Source: Verrucomicrobiota bacterium
Lineage (GTDB): Bacteria > Verrucomicrobiota > Verrucomicrobiia > Opitutales > Seribacteraceae
Length of the DNA: 64,000 bases
Direction of reading: 5' to 3'
NCBI GenBank assembly: GCA_027622665.1
Contig: JAQBYT010000016.1
Span: 15,203 to 79,202 of the forward strand
In this document: piece by piece, positions 40,229-50,311 of the stretch
How the letters are laid out: each line of letters opens with the position of its first letter
Position numbering within the stretch: position 1 is the stretch's first letter
Translations under genes and position numbers: made by a program
Notes under the pieces: generated by a model
Told to the model about the DNA's origin: nothing
What the model saw: the letters and a program-made list of their open reading frames with translations, nothing else
Database searches by the model: none

Positions 40229-40262
40229 AAAAAAAGGCCTCGCCGAAATTGGCGAGGCCTTT
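40229..40262 (-). terminator. Intrinsic terminator of the porin gene
   Basis: AAAAAAA-GGCCTCGCC-GAAATT-GGCGAGGCC-TTT; gives a T-tract on the minus strand just downstream of the porin stop. Confidence 0.85.
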
Positions 40263-40289
40263 AGAAAAGTGAAATTTTGTTAAGAAATC

Positions 40290-41393
40290 CTAAAAGGTCA
40301 TGATACCTTCAGCGTAATATTCCTCTACATCATAACTGGAGTCTACTCCTCTATCTTTAACATCAACACCCGAGTGGCTCATTTCGAGGTTTATACCGAA
40401 GTTGTCGGTAATGGAGAAACCCGCACCAATGGTTATGCGATCGGAATCTTCTTCCTTAGTTGCAGAATACTCAAAATCTTCATGACTGTAGCGTAGCGTG
40501 AGGGCAAAAAAGTTGTTGAACTGATAGCTCCCCATTAGCATGACATTCCAAGCATCGGCAGTACTAATATCCCAATCGTCGTACTCGAGGGCAAGCGTAA
40601 GCCCACCGTCGTTGTAGGCAACCCATGCGTTAAATTGCTCAATGTCATCGTCGGTAGCAGGATTTCCATCATCTTCTGAATCATGAGCATATCCCAAACG
40701 GGCTTCAAATCCTGGCATGATCATTAGAGCCAATTGTAGATCGATACCGATGTCGCCTTTTTTAGTACTGTGTGTTTCAGAGTATAATTCATTGTGAAGA
40801 CCAAGAGTGAAACCAAATCGACCGTTGTTGAAGTTGGCTCTTATGCCATCAACATAGTTGCGACGTCCGACTATTCCACCGTCAATAATGTCTCCGAGCA
40901 AATAAGCGTAAGAAACTTGATATAAATTTGGGGCCTCGTCGGCTTCAAAACCGAGTGTGGTCAATTGGCGTCCCATGCTGATGCTGAAATCGCGATTGAT
41001 ACTGTAGCGGATGAAAGCTTGCTCTAATGAGGTACCAAAACTACCGCTAGTGTTATTAAGGTTCGTGTGAATTTCAGCCGTTACCGGCGAAAAATCCAAA
41101 AGAAAGTCCATATCGACAGCGGTGTTAAAACCAGCCTTGTCATTATCTCCACCAAGAGCTTTATCATTCTGACGATTGGCATACATGAAATCAACGTAGC
41201 CCCGCAGTTTGACGCGGTTGGCGAGATCTATGCCGCTGGCACCGCTAGTGAGGTTAGCCCCAAGAGTTGTACCTTGTGGTCCCGTTGAGACTGGAGCACG
41301 GGAAAGACCCGGGATGCCGGGGACTTGGGCAAATGAGAAAGAAACGGCAAGCAGTGATGCCGAAACGAAGGACAAAAGCGTTTTCATGGGCAA
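40290..41393 (-). CDS. Putative outer-membrane beta-barrel porin
   Basis: Signal peptide (MKTLLSF..SFAQ), LEQAFIRY, GRQLTTLGFE, alternating amphipathic strands, C-terminal Phe. Confidence 0.75.
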   Translation of the reverse strand: MPMKTLLSFVSASLLAVSFSFAQVPGIPGLSRAPVSTGPQGTTLGANLTSGASGIDLANRVKLRGYVDFMYANRQNDKALGGDNDKAGFNTAVDMDFLLDFSPVTAEIHTNLNNTSGSFGTSLEQAFIRYSINRDFSISMGRQLTTLGFEADEAPNLYQVSYAYLLGDIIDGGIVGRRNYVDGIRANFNNGRFGFTLGLHNELYSETHSTKKGDIGIDLQLALMIMPGFEARLGYAHDSEDDGNPATDDDIEQFNAWVAYNDGGLTLALEYDDWDISTADAWNVMLMGSYQFNNFFALTLRYSHEDFEYSATKEEDSDRITIGAGFSITDNFGINLEMSHSGVDVKDRGVDSSYDVEEYYAEGIMTF

Positions 41394-41687
41394 TGGTAGG
41401 ATTATTAGACGGTAAGTTTAGAATTCTAAGCTAAGTGACCCATGACAGTTCTTTTTAAATCAATCGTCAAGAATGAAAATAGCCTGCCTGAAGGCCGTGA
41501 AATCATTCGTGGGTTTTCCTTGTCACCCCAGCCTATAATGGTAACGAGGAAACCGAGCGACAAGACAGTCGAAACGAAGGAACCCTGCAAATCAAAGTAA
41601 AGCGGAGGTCGACGACGGGCAATGTGGTTTTGCCATCAATCACAAAACCGGGACGCGAAGGTAACGTCGGTTCCTAGAAGAAACCTT

Positions 41688-42764
41688 TTAGAGAAGCTTG
41701 TTGTTTTTCTTTTGCCCCGGCTTTCGCTTGATTGGCCGTTTACCGCCTTGGTGGATGCGAATATTGACGTTGCCCTCGAGGGATTCGAGGCGTTTGAGCA
41801 TGCCCTCGGGCAAGGCGGCCCGTTCGGCATCCGTATTGACGGGGCCATCGAAAAGCACTTCGCCATCGGGAGAGGTCGCCTTGAAGCGCTTTTTTTCGTC
41901 TTCGGAGCTATACTCAAAGGAACCTTCGTCATCGACGCTAACGACCTTTGTCTGGGCAGTCCCGGTGACGGAAGACCAAGAGGAAGAGGCGCCCCGGCGA
42001 CGAGCGTCGCGAAGAATTTCATTCACGTTGGGGACAGTCCCGAAGTCTAGATCGATGTCGAAATTGAGATCGAGTTCGGGAACGGCGCCTTCGTCACGAG
42101 CTTTGTCTCGCTCCATCGGGCTGAGCTTGCCGTCGCCATCGGCATCGAATTGTTCGAGCAGTTTGGGATCGGAAAAATCAAGGTTCGGGGCAAACCCATG
42201 GAAACCGCGGCGACCAAGCAAGTCCCGTTGCCCGGCTATCTGCTTGCGGATACGTTCGTTGAGGTCACGGGCGTCAGGGATGATGAACCCACCACCTCCT
42301 AAACCGTTGCCAAGAATTCGTGGGGCCGAAGACCCTCGAGCCTGAGCTTTCGATACCTGCTTGCTGCCGAGTTTGGCCTTAAGGACCTTCTCCTTGCCAC
42401 CACGCAGGATGGTTAAAGAAACCTGTTGATTTGCCTCGCGTGAGCGCACGAGCTCTAGAAGTTGCTCCTGATTGACGAGTATTTGGTCGTCGAGCTTCTT
42501 CAGAACGTCGTACTGCTCCAAGCCGGCTTTCTCGGCAGGGCTTCCAGGACTGACTTGTTCGACGGACAAGTAAAGGTTACCCGACAACCCAAGTTGGCGA
42601 CTGACCACAGGTGAAAGTTTGGTCGCGTAAACGCCAAGGAAAGTTGCCTTGTCGGGAGAAACGTTGACGCCGCCGCGGGCCTTTGATTGGGCCTTGCTGC
42701 CCTGCTCGGCAGAGAGCCACCCGCAGGATAGGACTAGAGAGAGAAGGAACGGGAGTGTTTTCAT
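41688..42764 (-). CDS. Exported PDZ-domain protein with EF-hand-like motif
   Basis: Signal peptide MKTLPFLLSLVLSCGWLSA; FLGV..VSPGSPAEKAGLEQYDVL..ILRGG; DADGDGKLSPME. Confidence 0.8.
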   Translation of the reverse strand: MKTLPFLLSLVLSCGWLSAEQGSKAQSKARGGVNVSPDKATFLGVYATKLSPVVSRQLGLSGNLYLSVEQVSPGSPAEKAGLEQYDVLKKLDDQILVNQEQLLELVRSREANQQVSLTILRGGKEKVLKAKLGSKQVSKAQARGSSAPRILGNGLGGGGFIIPDARDLNERIRKQIAGQRDLLGRRGFHGFAPNLDFSDPKLLEQFDADGDGKLSPMERDKARDEGAVPELDLNFDIDLDFGTVPNVNEILRDARRRGASSSWSSVTGTAQTKVVSVDDEGSFEYSSEDEKKRFKATSPDGEVLFDGPVNTDAERAALPEGMLKRLESLEGNVNIRIHQGGKRPIKRKPGQKKNNKLL

Positions 42765-42796
42765 GATGGTTGGGAGAACTGTGGTTGTTCTTTGCT

Positions 42797-43408
42797 TCAA
42801 TAAAGTTCCAGTCCGATGAGGACGACTTCCTGCCGAGGAACGGAGGAACGTATGAGAGTGTTGGTTTCGGGATTTCTCCAAATGGTTTCGTCGAGGTAGC
42901 GATAACGGTACTGACGAGCGGGACTCGAGCCGGGTCGCTCGATGATTCCTTCGTCGGAAACGTCGATGAGAATTTCTTTTACCTGCGGATTACTCCAACC
43001 TGATTCGGACATAGCGGCGAACTCGGCGGCGGAAACGCCGTGAAGTGGACTGAGGTCTTCCTCGTCCACCAACCCCGGTTTCGCCGGAAGCGATTCAGTG
43101 GAGGCGATTGAAGGAGGTACAGCCGGCGTTGTTTTTTTCTGCAACACGGGATAAGCGACGTATAGGGCGAGGACGACCAATGCGGCGACTGCGGAAATGG
43201 GGAAGGTGAACGCACGCAAAAAGGGAACGACTTTACCTCTCTCGACAGGCGACCGGGTGCTTGCGTCCTCCTCCAATTCGGGTAAGCGCCTGACCGCAAG
43301 ATTTCCCGATTCGCCCAGCGCTTTTTCTAGACGGGCCTCGAAAGCTTTCGACGGCTTGGCCGGGCGAAAGGAGCGAAGTTCCTTTTCAAGTTCTTCGAAT
43401 TCGTTCAC
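42797..43408 (-). CDS. Putative single-TM anti-sigma factor
   Basis: GTG start overlapping the sigma stop (GTGA) with GGAGG RBS; ELEKELRSFRP N-terminus, one TM segment, periplasmic C-terminus. Confidence 0.65.
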   Translation of the reverse strand: MNEFEELEKELRSFRPAKPSKAFEARLEKALGESGNLAVRRLPELEEDASTRSPVERGKVVPFLRAFTFPISAVAALVVLALYVAYPVLQKKTTPAVPPSIASTESLPAKPGLVDEEDLSPLHGVSAAEFAAMSESGWSNPQVKEILIDVSDEGIIERPGSSPARQYRYRYLDETIWRNPETNTLIRSSVPRQEVVLIGLELY

Positions 43409-43926
43409 TTCAAATCCTCCCCGCAAGGTTCCGACAACAGCTCGGGAACCGACTTTTTAAGCTTACTCATGGCATAACGATAGCGGGATGCCGCCGTGTT
43501 AAGCGAAATGCCCATCGTCTTGGCAATTTCGTCGAAGGTTTGCTCGCCCCATATCTTGAGGGTAAGCACTTCCTTCTGCTCGGCCGGCAAAAGGCGAACT
43601 GCTTCCAATAGGGCGTCCCGCCGTTCGTTGCGTTCCATGGAGCGGTCGAACCACGCATTCTTGTCCATGCCTGCGGCCACGTTGTCCTCGCGGATGACCC
43701 GACGATCCAGGCTACGCGCCCAGTCGATGGCTAATCGGCGAATGGCCCGATAAACCAAGCCGGGAGGAACCTCGCCCGTGTGACCGTATAGGCGCCACAT
43801 CCGAACGAAAGCTTCCTGCAAGAGATCCTCGGCATCGGCGGAATTGCGAGCCTGTTGCCGGGCAAACATGAGGAGCTTTGCCCCGTGACGGGCAAACCAG
43901 GATTTCCATATGGGCTCGGTGTGCAT
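43405..43926 (-). CDS. ECF-type RNA polymerase sigma factor
   Basis: ADAEDLLQEAFVRMW (region 2), LPAEQKEVLTLKIWGEQTFDEIAKTMGISLNTAASRYRYA (region 4). Confidence 0.92.
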   Translation of the reverse strand: MHTEPIWKSWFARHGAKLLMFARQQARNSADAEDLLQEAFVRMWRLYGHTGEVPPGLVYRAIRRLAIDWARSLDRRVIREDNVAAGMDKNAWFDRSMERNERRDALLEAVRLLPAEQKEVLTLKIWGEQTFDEIAKTMGISLNTAASRYRYAMSKLKKSVPELLSEPCGEDLK

Positions 43927-44254
43927 GGCGTTGATCGACAAAACGATCTTCGGAAGGTTTAGCGACACGATGGTCGGCTTTTGTTTGAATGAAATATATG
44001 AAACAGGCATCGGAGGTCAACCTGCGGATACGTGGTTTTGGGTCATCATTCAGGCTGAGGCTTTCTTAAGAAATTTAGGGGCGCCCGAACAATCCAAGCC
44101 CATCGGGACGAAGGATATGCGGGGCATTCACAATCACCTTCCTGTAAATTTTCTCGAAAACACCGAACCGACCAAGGATTCTAAAATAGAGGGGCCGCCA
44201 TTAAAAGGCTTGCCCCCGACAAAGAGTAAACACAGGTTTTCCTTTACTTTTAGA

Positions 44255-44545
44255 ATGAACAATACCGAGAGCCAAACAAAAGTCGATTTCGTCGAACTCG
44301 GCTTTATGGACGCCCGATGCAAGCTGATCGAGGTAGCCGCCTTCCTCGACCGTACCCAAAGAGCCGGCCAAACGGACGATTTTCGCGTACGGGAACTGAA
44401 GAAAGCGATTACCTGCCTGGACGCTGACAATCCCGAGCGAGCCAAGCAAGTGCTCCTCAGCCTGAGCGACCCGACCGAGGAACCTATAGCCATTGCGCCA
44501 GGCAAAGGTGCCGCAGGAGCCTGGGAAGGTTCCCATTCCTCTTAA
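44255..44545 (+). CDS. Small hypothetical protein leading the ebo operon
   Basis: 96-aa helical ORF (FMDARCKLIEVAAFLDR..RAKQVLLSLSD), 20 bp before the TatD gene. Confidence 0.65.
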   Translation: MNNTESQTKVDFVELGFMDARCKLIEVAAFLDRTQRAGQTDDFRVRELKKAITCLDADNPERAKQVLLSLSDPTEEPIAIAPGKGAAGAWEGSHSS

Positions 44546-44565
44546 CCTCTAATTTTGTATATCCC

Positions 44566-45366
44566 ATGCGCTACGTAGAGCCACACGCTCACATGGTCAG
44601 TCGGACGACCGACGACTATATAAAACTGGTCCAAGCAGGATGCGAAGCCGTTTGCGAACCGGCCTTTTGGGCAGGTTTCGACCGCAGTTCCGTAAAAGGG
44701 TTTTTCGATTACTTCAGCCAGTTGACGAAGTACGAACCGGCCCGAGCCGCCAAGTTCGGGTTGCCCCACTTCTGCTGGATTGGCCTGAACCCGAAAGAGT
44801 CCGAGGATATAAAGCTAGCCGAAGACGTTCTCGAGATCATGCCCGAGTTTCTCGATTCCCCCACCTGCCTCGGCGTAGGCGAAATCGGTCTCAACAAGAA
44901 CAGCAAAAACGAATTGGAAATTCTTGAGCGTCACATTGAGATCGCCGCCCAACGGGACGAACTGATCTTGGTTCACACCCCTCACCTCGAAGACAAACTG
45001 AAGGGAACCAAGCTTATCGTCGACGCCATCCTCAACCAACCTAGCATTCGGCCCGAGCGAGTGATTATCGACCATGTGGAGGAGCACACCATTTCAATCC
45101 CCAGAGACAAAGGTTTCTGGGTGGGCATGACCTTGTATCCGGTGTCAAAATGCTCGCCACAACGAGCGGCGGACATGCTGGAAGTCTACGGCACGGAACG
45201 AATCTGGATGAATTCGGCCTGCGACTGGGGAATAAGCAACCCCCTTGCCGTGCCCGAAGCAGCCTTTGAATTGAGACGCCGGGGACAGACCCGCGAAATG
45301 ATCGATAAGGTGATTTACCAAAATCCACGTACCTTTCTTTCGCAAAGCCCGAAATTCACGCTCTAG
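44566..45366 (+). CDS. eboB: TatD-family hydrolase, EboB
   Basis: EPHAHMVSRTTDDY, EPAFWAG, GLNPKE, GEIG, VHTPH, IDH, NSACDWG. Confidence 0.85.
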   Translation: MRYVEPHAHMVSRTTDDYIKLVQAGCEAVCEPAFWAGFDRSSVKGFFDYFSQLTKYEPARAAKFGLPHFCWIGLNPKESEDIKLAEDVLEIMPEFLDSPTCLGVGEIGLNKNSKNELEILERHIEIAAQRDELILVHTPHLEDKLKGTKLIVDAILNQPSIRPERVIIDHVEEHTISIPRDKGFWVGMTLYPVSKCSPQRAADMLEVYGTERIWMNSACDWGISNPLAVPEAAFELRRRGQTREMIDKVIYQNPRTFLSQSPKFTL

Positions 45367-45431
45367 AAAAAGGGTTCGCTTTCGAGTAAGCCTTCTTGCC
45401 GTACTTCTCTAGAACCTTGGATTAAACAGGC

Positions 45432-46607
45432 ATGCGCCTCGCTCACGGCATACACCTCGCTTATTGCACCAACGTTCATCGCGGGGGAAACTGGACGGAA
45501 ACCTTTGCCTCCCTTGAAAACGACGTCCTGCGCGTACGCCAAGCCGTAAGCCCCGACGAACCATACGCCATCGGCCTGCGGCTCGGAGCGGATGCCGCAA
45601 AAGAGCTTTCCGATGGGGAGAACTTGTTGGAATTCCGTAAGTGGCTGGAAGCCAAAAGCTGCTACGTATTCACCATCAACGGATTTCCCTACGGTAATTT
45701 CCATGGCACTAGGGTCAAGGAACAAGTCTACCGACCCGACTGGACCTCCCCTGAACGCCTCGCCTACACCAACTTACTCTTCGACCTGCTGGCCGAGCTT
45801 TCGGAGGAGGGCGCCGAAGGAAGCGTGAGCACCTTGCCGGGGTCCTTCAAGGAATTCATCCCCTCGGGCGAGATTCCCGCCGTCATGCTCGATCACCTCG
45901 CGAAATGCGCTCAACACATTGAGAAAGCAGCCAGGGCAAAGAATCTCGATCTTCACCTCGGTTTGGAACCGGAACCACTCGGACTCTTCGAGACAAGCAA
46001 GGAAACCGTCGCCTTTTTCGAAAAACTCCAACCATGTTTCGGCTCGGACGAAGAATGGAGGAACGTTCTCGGCGTAAACTACGACACCTGCCACCTCGGC
46101 GTGGAGTACGAGGAACCCGACGACGCCCTCGATCGCCTTGCCGACGCCGGTATCAGGATAAGCAAAATCCATCTCAGTTCCGCGCTCAAGGCCGTACCCA
46201 CAACCGCTAACCTGAAACGTTTGGCGAGCTTTCAGGAAGAGGTCTACCTCCACCAAGTCGTCGAGGCGAAAGACGGCGAGGTCATCCGCCGTCACAAGGA
46301 TCTCGATCTTGCTCTCGCTTTTGCCGAAACCAATCCAACCGACATCGGAGAGGAGTGGCGCATCCACTTCCACGTACCCTTGCACACTCCTCCCGGAAAT
46401 GACCTCGGCGACACCCGCGACCACGTCGAAGGCACCCTCGACTACCTCGCCAAGGACCCCTCGGCGTGTCGTCACCTGGAGATGGAAACATACACCTGGG
46501 AGGTGCTGCCGGACAACCTACGTTCAGGCGACGTGGTGGACCAAATCATTCGCGAGTACGACTGGACGCTTGCCGAGTTGGACAAGCGAGGATTGAAAAC
46601 CGGTTGA
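45432..46607 (+). CDS. eboE: EboE (xylose-isomerase-like TIM barrel)
   Basis: LAYCTNVH, FTINGFPYGNFH, VKEQVYRPDW, LEPEP, YDTCH, YLHQV, WRIHFHVP, HLEMETYTW. Confidence 0.9.
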   Translation: MRLAHGIHLAYCTNVHRGGNWTETFASLENDVLRVRQAVSPDEPYAIGLRLGADAAKELSDGENLLEFRKWLEAKSCYVFTINGFPYGNFHGTRVKEQVYRPDWTSPERLAYTNLLFDLLAELSEEGAEGSVSTLPGSFKEFIPSGEIPAVMLDHLAKCAQHIEKAARAKNLDLHLGLEPEPLGLFETSKETVAFFEKLQPCFGSDEEWRNVLGVNYDTCHLGVEYEEPDDALDRLADAGIRISKIHLSSALKAVPTTANLKRLASFQEEVYLHQVVEAKDGEVIRRHKDLDLALAFAETNPTDIGEEWRIHFHVPLHTPPGNDLGDTRDHVEGTLDYLAKDPSACRHLEMETYTWEVLPDNLRSGDVVDQIIREYDWTLAELDKRGLKTG

Positions 46608-46611
46608 ATTC

Positions 46612-47535
46612 ATGGCCTTCCTCCGCAATTTACTGACTCTCGGACGCATCTCGAACCTGCCCACGGTCTGGACCAATTGTACGGCAGCTTGGACAGTAAA
46701 CGCCTTTGCCTCCCCGATCGTGCGGGAAATGCCGAACCCCATCGAAGACTTAAGCCTGCTTGCATGGGGGCAACTCGGTTGGCTCCTAATTGGGGCTAGC
46801 CTGCTTTACGTCGCGGGCTGCACCCTAAACGACGCCTTCGATCAAGGATTCGACAAACAGTATAACCCGCAGCGACCCATTCCGAGCGGAGAGATGAAAC
46901 CGATGGCCGTTTGGCTGGCTGGTTTTGCGGAATTGATCGCAGGATCATATGTTCTGCTGGAACTTGCCGAGGTGTCCAAGATTTGGTTGGTAGCGCTGAC
47001 GGTGGCCATTTTAGCCTATGAAGCCGTCCACAAGAAATGGTCGGGAGGAGTATGGATCATGGGTTCTTGCCGTTTCTTCCTTTGGCTTGCAGCAGCTTCC
47101 GCTGCAAATGAATCTCTGGCTCCCTTGACTATTTTCTGGGCGGGGATCATGGCCTTTTACGTGGTGGGAATTAGTCTATTTGCCAGAGGTGAAGCAACAG
47201 GTGGCTCGGGAGAAAACCGCTTGCCTATTCTCTTGTTGTTCGGTGCCCCGCTCTTTGCCTTGGCCCTACTCGTTTATTGGAATAATTTGCCGCCGACCGC
47301 TCAGTTTGCAACCAATGTCGCGGGTCTCGTTTCGGTGTGGCTTGCCTACACTGCGGTTCAACGCATGAGGACAGGCGAAAAAGGATGCATAGGTCAGGGC
47401 GTAAGTCGCTTGTTGGCTGGGATTGCAGCCTGCGACGCAACCGCCATGGGACTAGTCTCCCCTTCCCTCGCGTATGGCTGCCTTGCTTGCATACCCATTG
47501 CCTTTTTAATGCAAAAGAAGTTTGCAGCGACCTGA
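46612..47535 (+). CDS. eboC: UbiA-family prenyltransferase, EboC
   Basis: LGRISNLPTVW, GCTLNDAFD..PQRPIPSG, MGSCR; multiple TM segments. Confidence 0.85.
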   Translation: MAFLRNLLTLGRISNLPTVWTNCTAAWTVNAFASPIVREMPNPIEDLSLLAWGQLGWLLIGASLLYVAGCTLNDAFDQGFDKQYNPQRPIPSGEMKPMAVWLAGFAELIAGSYVLLELAEVSKIWLVALTVAILAYEAVHKKWSGGVWIMGSCRFFLWLAAASAANESLAPLTIFWAGIMAFYVVGISLFARGEATGGSGENRLPILLLFGAPLFALALLVYWNNLPPTAQFATNVAGLVSVWLAYTAVQRMRTGEKGCIGQGVSRLLAGIAACDATAMGLVSPSLAYGCLACIPIAFLMQKKFAAT

Positions 47536-47548
47536 GACTGCTGCCTAA

Positions 47549-48754
47549 ATGGCAAACTTCTCCCCGATGGAAAATACTCACACTATGATTCGCCGCAACG
47601 TGCGGCTCGACCTTCAGCATTCCGTTTACTTCACGCGGGAAGCGTTCTCGACTGGCAACGAAACGCTGGCAAAGATCCTTCGACCGAATCGAGAGGGACG
47701 TCGTTCGAAGGTCATCCTGTACGTCGATGAAGGCCTTCTCGACGGTAACCCGAATCTCCCCAAACGGATCAACCAGTATTTTCGTGCGCACGAAGAAGAA
47801 ATTAACCTCGTGCACGAGCCTCTGTTCATTAAAGGTGGCGAAGCAGCCAAGAACGACTGGAGCCTCGTAGAAAAGGTCTGGAGCGACATTAACGAACATA
47901 GCATTTGCCGGCACTCTTTCGTGGTGATCGTTGGCGGGGGCGCTGCTCTTGACCTCGTGGGATTTGCAGCAAGCACTGCTCACCGAGGCATTCGTCTCGT
48001 TCGTCTCCCCACCACCACGCTCAGTCAGGGCGATGGCGGCATCGGCGTAAAGAACGGCGTAAATTTCTTCGGCAAAAAGAACTGGGTTGGTGCCTTTGCC
48101 GTCCCCGACGCCATCGTCAATGATGCCTCTTTCCTCCGAAGTCTTCCCGAAAATCAGAAACGGGCAGGCTACGTCGAGGCAGTCAAGGTGGCTTTGATTA
48201 GAGATCGTTCCTTCTTCGAATTCATCGAGGAGCGAGTCGATGCACTAAGCAAATTTGAGGAAATAGCGATGGAGCAAGTCGTTCGCAAAAGTGCAGCCCA
48301 TCACCTCGACCACATTGCCGGCTCAGGAGATCCTTTTGAAAAAGGGTCCGCCAGGCCACTCGATTTCGGTCACTGGGTAGCCCACAAGCTGGAACAAATC
48401 TCGGACTTTCGAATCGGACACGGTGAAGCGGTTGCAATCGGACTCGCGGTAGATCTCGTTTACTCGGCTCGCGTAGGCCTCGTTAAACCTGAAACCACCG
48501 AACGAGTACTTCGTCTATTGGAAAGATTGGGCTTCGACCTCTACGATAAATTGCTACTGGACGAAAGCAAAGATGGGGAGCGAATCATTCTGGAAGGTCT
48601 TGAAGAATTCCGCGAGCACTTGGGTGGACAACTCACCATTACCCTCATCCAAGGAATCGGTGAGGGCATCGAGGTCAACGCCATGGATCGCGAAGAAATC
48701 CTCGCATCGGTGGAAGACCTGCACAAACGCCACCTCGCTACACCCGTCAAATAG
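47549..48754 (+). CDS. eboD: 3-dehydroquinate-synthase-like sugar phosphate cyclase, EboD
   Basis: GGEAAKN, GGGAALDLVGF, PTTTLSQGDGGIGVKN, EAVKVALI, GSARPLDFGHW, HGEAV. Confidence 0.88.
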   Translation: MANFSPMENTHTMIRRNVRLDLQHSVYFTREAFSTGNETLAKILRPNREGRRSKVILYVDEGLLDGNPNLPKRINQYFRAHEEEINLVHEPLFIKGGEAAKNDWSLVEKVWSDINEHSICRHSFVVIVGGGAALDLVGFAASTAHRGIRLVRLPTTTLSQGDGGIGVKNGVNFFGKKNWVGAFAVPDAIVNDASFLRSLPENQKRAGYVEAVKVALIRDRSFFEFIEERVDALSKFEEIAMEQVVRKSAAHHLDHIAGSGDPFEKGSARPLDFGHWVAHKLEQISDFRIGHGEAVAIGLAVDLVYSARVGLVKPETTERVLRLLERLGFDLYDKLLLDESKDGERIILEGLEEFREHLGGQLTITLIQGIGEGIEVNAMDREEILASVEDLHKRHLATPVK

Positions 48755-48757
48755 TCT

Positions 48758-50164
48758 ATGACGACGTCCGGGCAGGACGGCATGGGCCGGGCGGTCATCA
48801 TTAACGTGGTAGGGTTGACACCCCGCCATCTGGGTGAACATACGCCCGCACTAAGTGCATTCGCCACGAGGTCCGGGCATTCACAAACATCGATTAAACC
48901 AGTTCTGCCCGCAGTCACTTGTACGGCTCAAGCGACTTACCTTACTGGCAAGACCCCCGCCGAACACGGGATCGTGGCGAACGGCTGGTACGATCGCTCA
49001 CTCAGCGAGCACCATTTCTGGAAACAGTCGAATCATCTAGTTGAAGGAGAAAAGCTTTGGGAAACGCTCAGGCACGACAAAAAGGAACTAACCTGCGCAA
49101 AGCTCTTTTGGTGGTTCAACATGTATTCCTCCGCCGACTTTTCCATTACTCCCAGACCTCTTTACAGGTCCGACGGACTCAAGACCTTCGACGTGCACAC
49201 CAACCCACTTGCCATGCGCGAGGAAATCAAGGCCGACCTCGGCGACTTTCCGTTTTCGTCCTTCTGGGGGCCAAGGGCGGGCATCGCGTCATCCCAATGG
49301 ATCGCGGAGTCTGCCAAATGGACAGAGGAAAAGTATTCTCCCGATCTCTCTCTAGTCTATTTACCCCATCTCGATTACGACCTCCAACGCCTAGGTCCAA
49401 ATCATCCCGACATCCCCAAGGAACTGCGGGCCATCGACGAGGTGGCTGGCAACCTGATCAACTTTCTGGAAAAGAGAGGTGTTCGCGTGGCCATACTTTC
49501 CGAATACGGAATCACCGAAGCCAATAAAGTCGTCTACCCTAACCGAGCCTTTCGGACAAAAGGTTGGATAAGCATTAAGGACGAACTGGGCCTGGAATAT
49601 TTGGACTGCGGAGGCTCTCGGGCCTTTGCGATTACCGATCACCAGATCGCCCATGTCTACCTCAGAGACGACTCGCCCTCCTTTGCCGCAGAGGTGCGGT
49701 CTTCACTAGAAAGCTTAGATGGGGTGGCAAAGGTATTCGATAAGGATTCCAGAAAAGAAGCGGGACTTGACCACGAAAGAGCAGGCGACCTCATTGCCAT
49801 CGCCGAGGAAGACGCATGGTTCGCTTATTACCATTGGGAAGAGGACGCCAAGGCGCCCGACTTCGCTCGCTGCGTAGACGTCCACCGAAAATATGGTTAC
49901 GACCCTGCCGAATTGTTCGTCGATCCCGCAATTCCCTTTCCCACGGCAAAAGCAGCCCTACGTTTGTTCCAAAAGAAAATGGGATTTCGCATGTCCATGG
50001 ACTTAATACCTCTGGACGCCTCCCTCGTCAAAGGAACGCACGGCGCCATTCCCAAAGACAAGTCCGATTGGCCGGTGCTCTTAGGCTCCATCCCCGAACC
50101 TCAAGGAGAATGGATCTCTTCAACGGAAGTAAGAGACATCCTCCTTCGGTTTTGCACTCATTAA
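48758..50164 (+). CDS. eboF: Alkaline phosphatase/nucleotide pyrophosphatase-superfamily protein, EboF
   Basis: INVVGLT, PAVTCTAQ, HGIVANGWY, YLPHLDY, SEYG, DHQIAHVY, VDVHRKYGYDP, VKGTHG. Confidence 0.88.
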   Translation: MTTSGQDGMGRAVIINVVGLTPRHLGEHTPALSAFATRSGHSQTSIKPVLPAVTCTAQATYLTGKTPAEHGIVANGWYDRSLSEHHFWKQSNHLVEGEKLWETLRHDKKELTCAKLFWWFNMYSSADFSITPRPLYRSDGLKTFDVHTNPLAMREEIKADLGDFPFSSFWGPRAGIASSQWIAESAKWTEEKYSPDLSLVYLPHLDYDLQRLGPNHPDIPKELRAIDEVAGNLINFLEKRGVRVAILSEYGITEANKVVYPNRAFRTKGWISIKDELGLEYLDCGGSRAFAITDHQIAHVYLRDDSPSFAAEVRSSLESLDGVAKVFDKDSRKEAGLDHERAGDLIAIAEEDAWFAYYHWEEDAKAPDFARCVDVHRKYGYDPAELFVDPAIPFPTAKAALRLFQKKMGFRMSMDLIPLDASLVKGTHGAIPKDKSDWPVLLGSIPEPQGEWISSTEVRDILLRFCTH

Positions 50165-50311
50165 ACAAAAAATCTTGGAAAAAAATCTACTTTAACCTTG
50201 CGCGTCTAAGAATTAAGATAATGGAATGGTGAGAGCGTAAAAGAAAAAATTCAGCTCTTTACTGCTAATCCTCTCCACCAAACATCAGAAACCCAAATCA
50301 TCGAACCAATC

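Noticed and set aside
41436..41449. Pho-box-like CTGTCAT on the minus strand upstream of the porin
   Set aside because: Single half-site without an 11-bp-spaced partner.
43910..44254. N-terminal 115 aa of the 211-aa ORF 43910..44545
   Set aside because: Overlaps the sigma start and divergent promoter region; the protein-like part begins at ATG 44255.
47549..48754. Housekeeping aroB
   Set aside because: GSARPLDFGHW motif and ebo context indicate the EboD subfamily.
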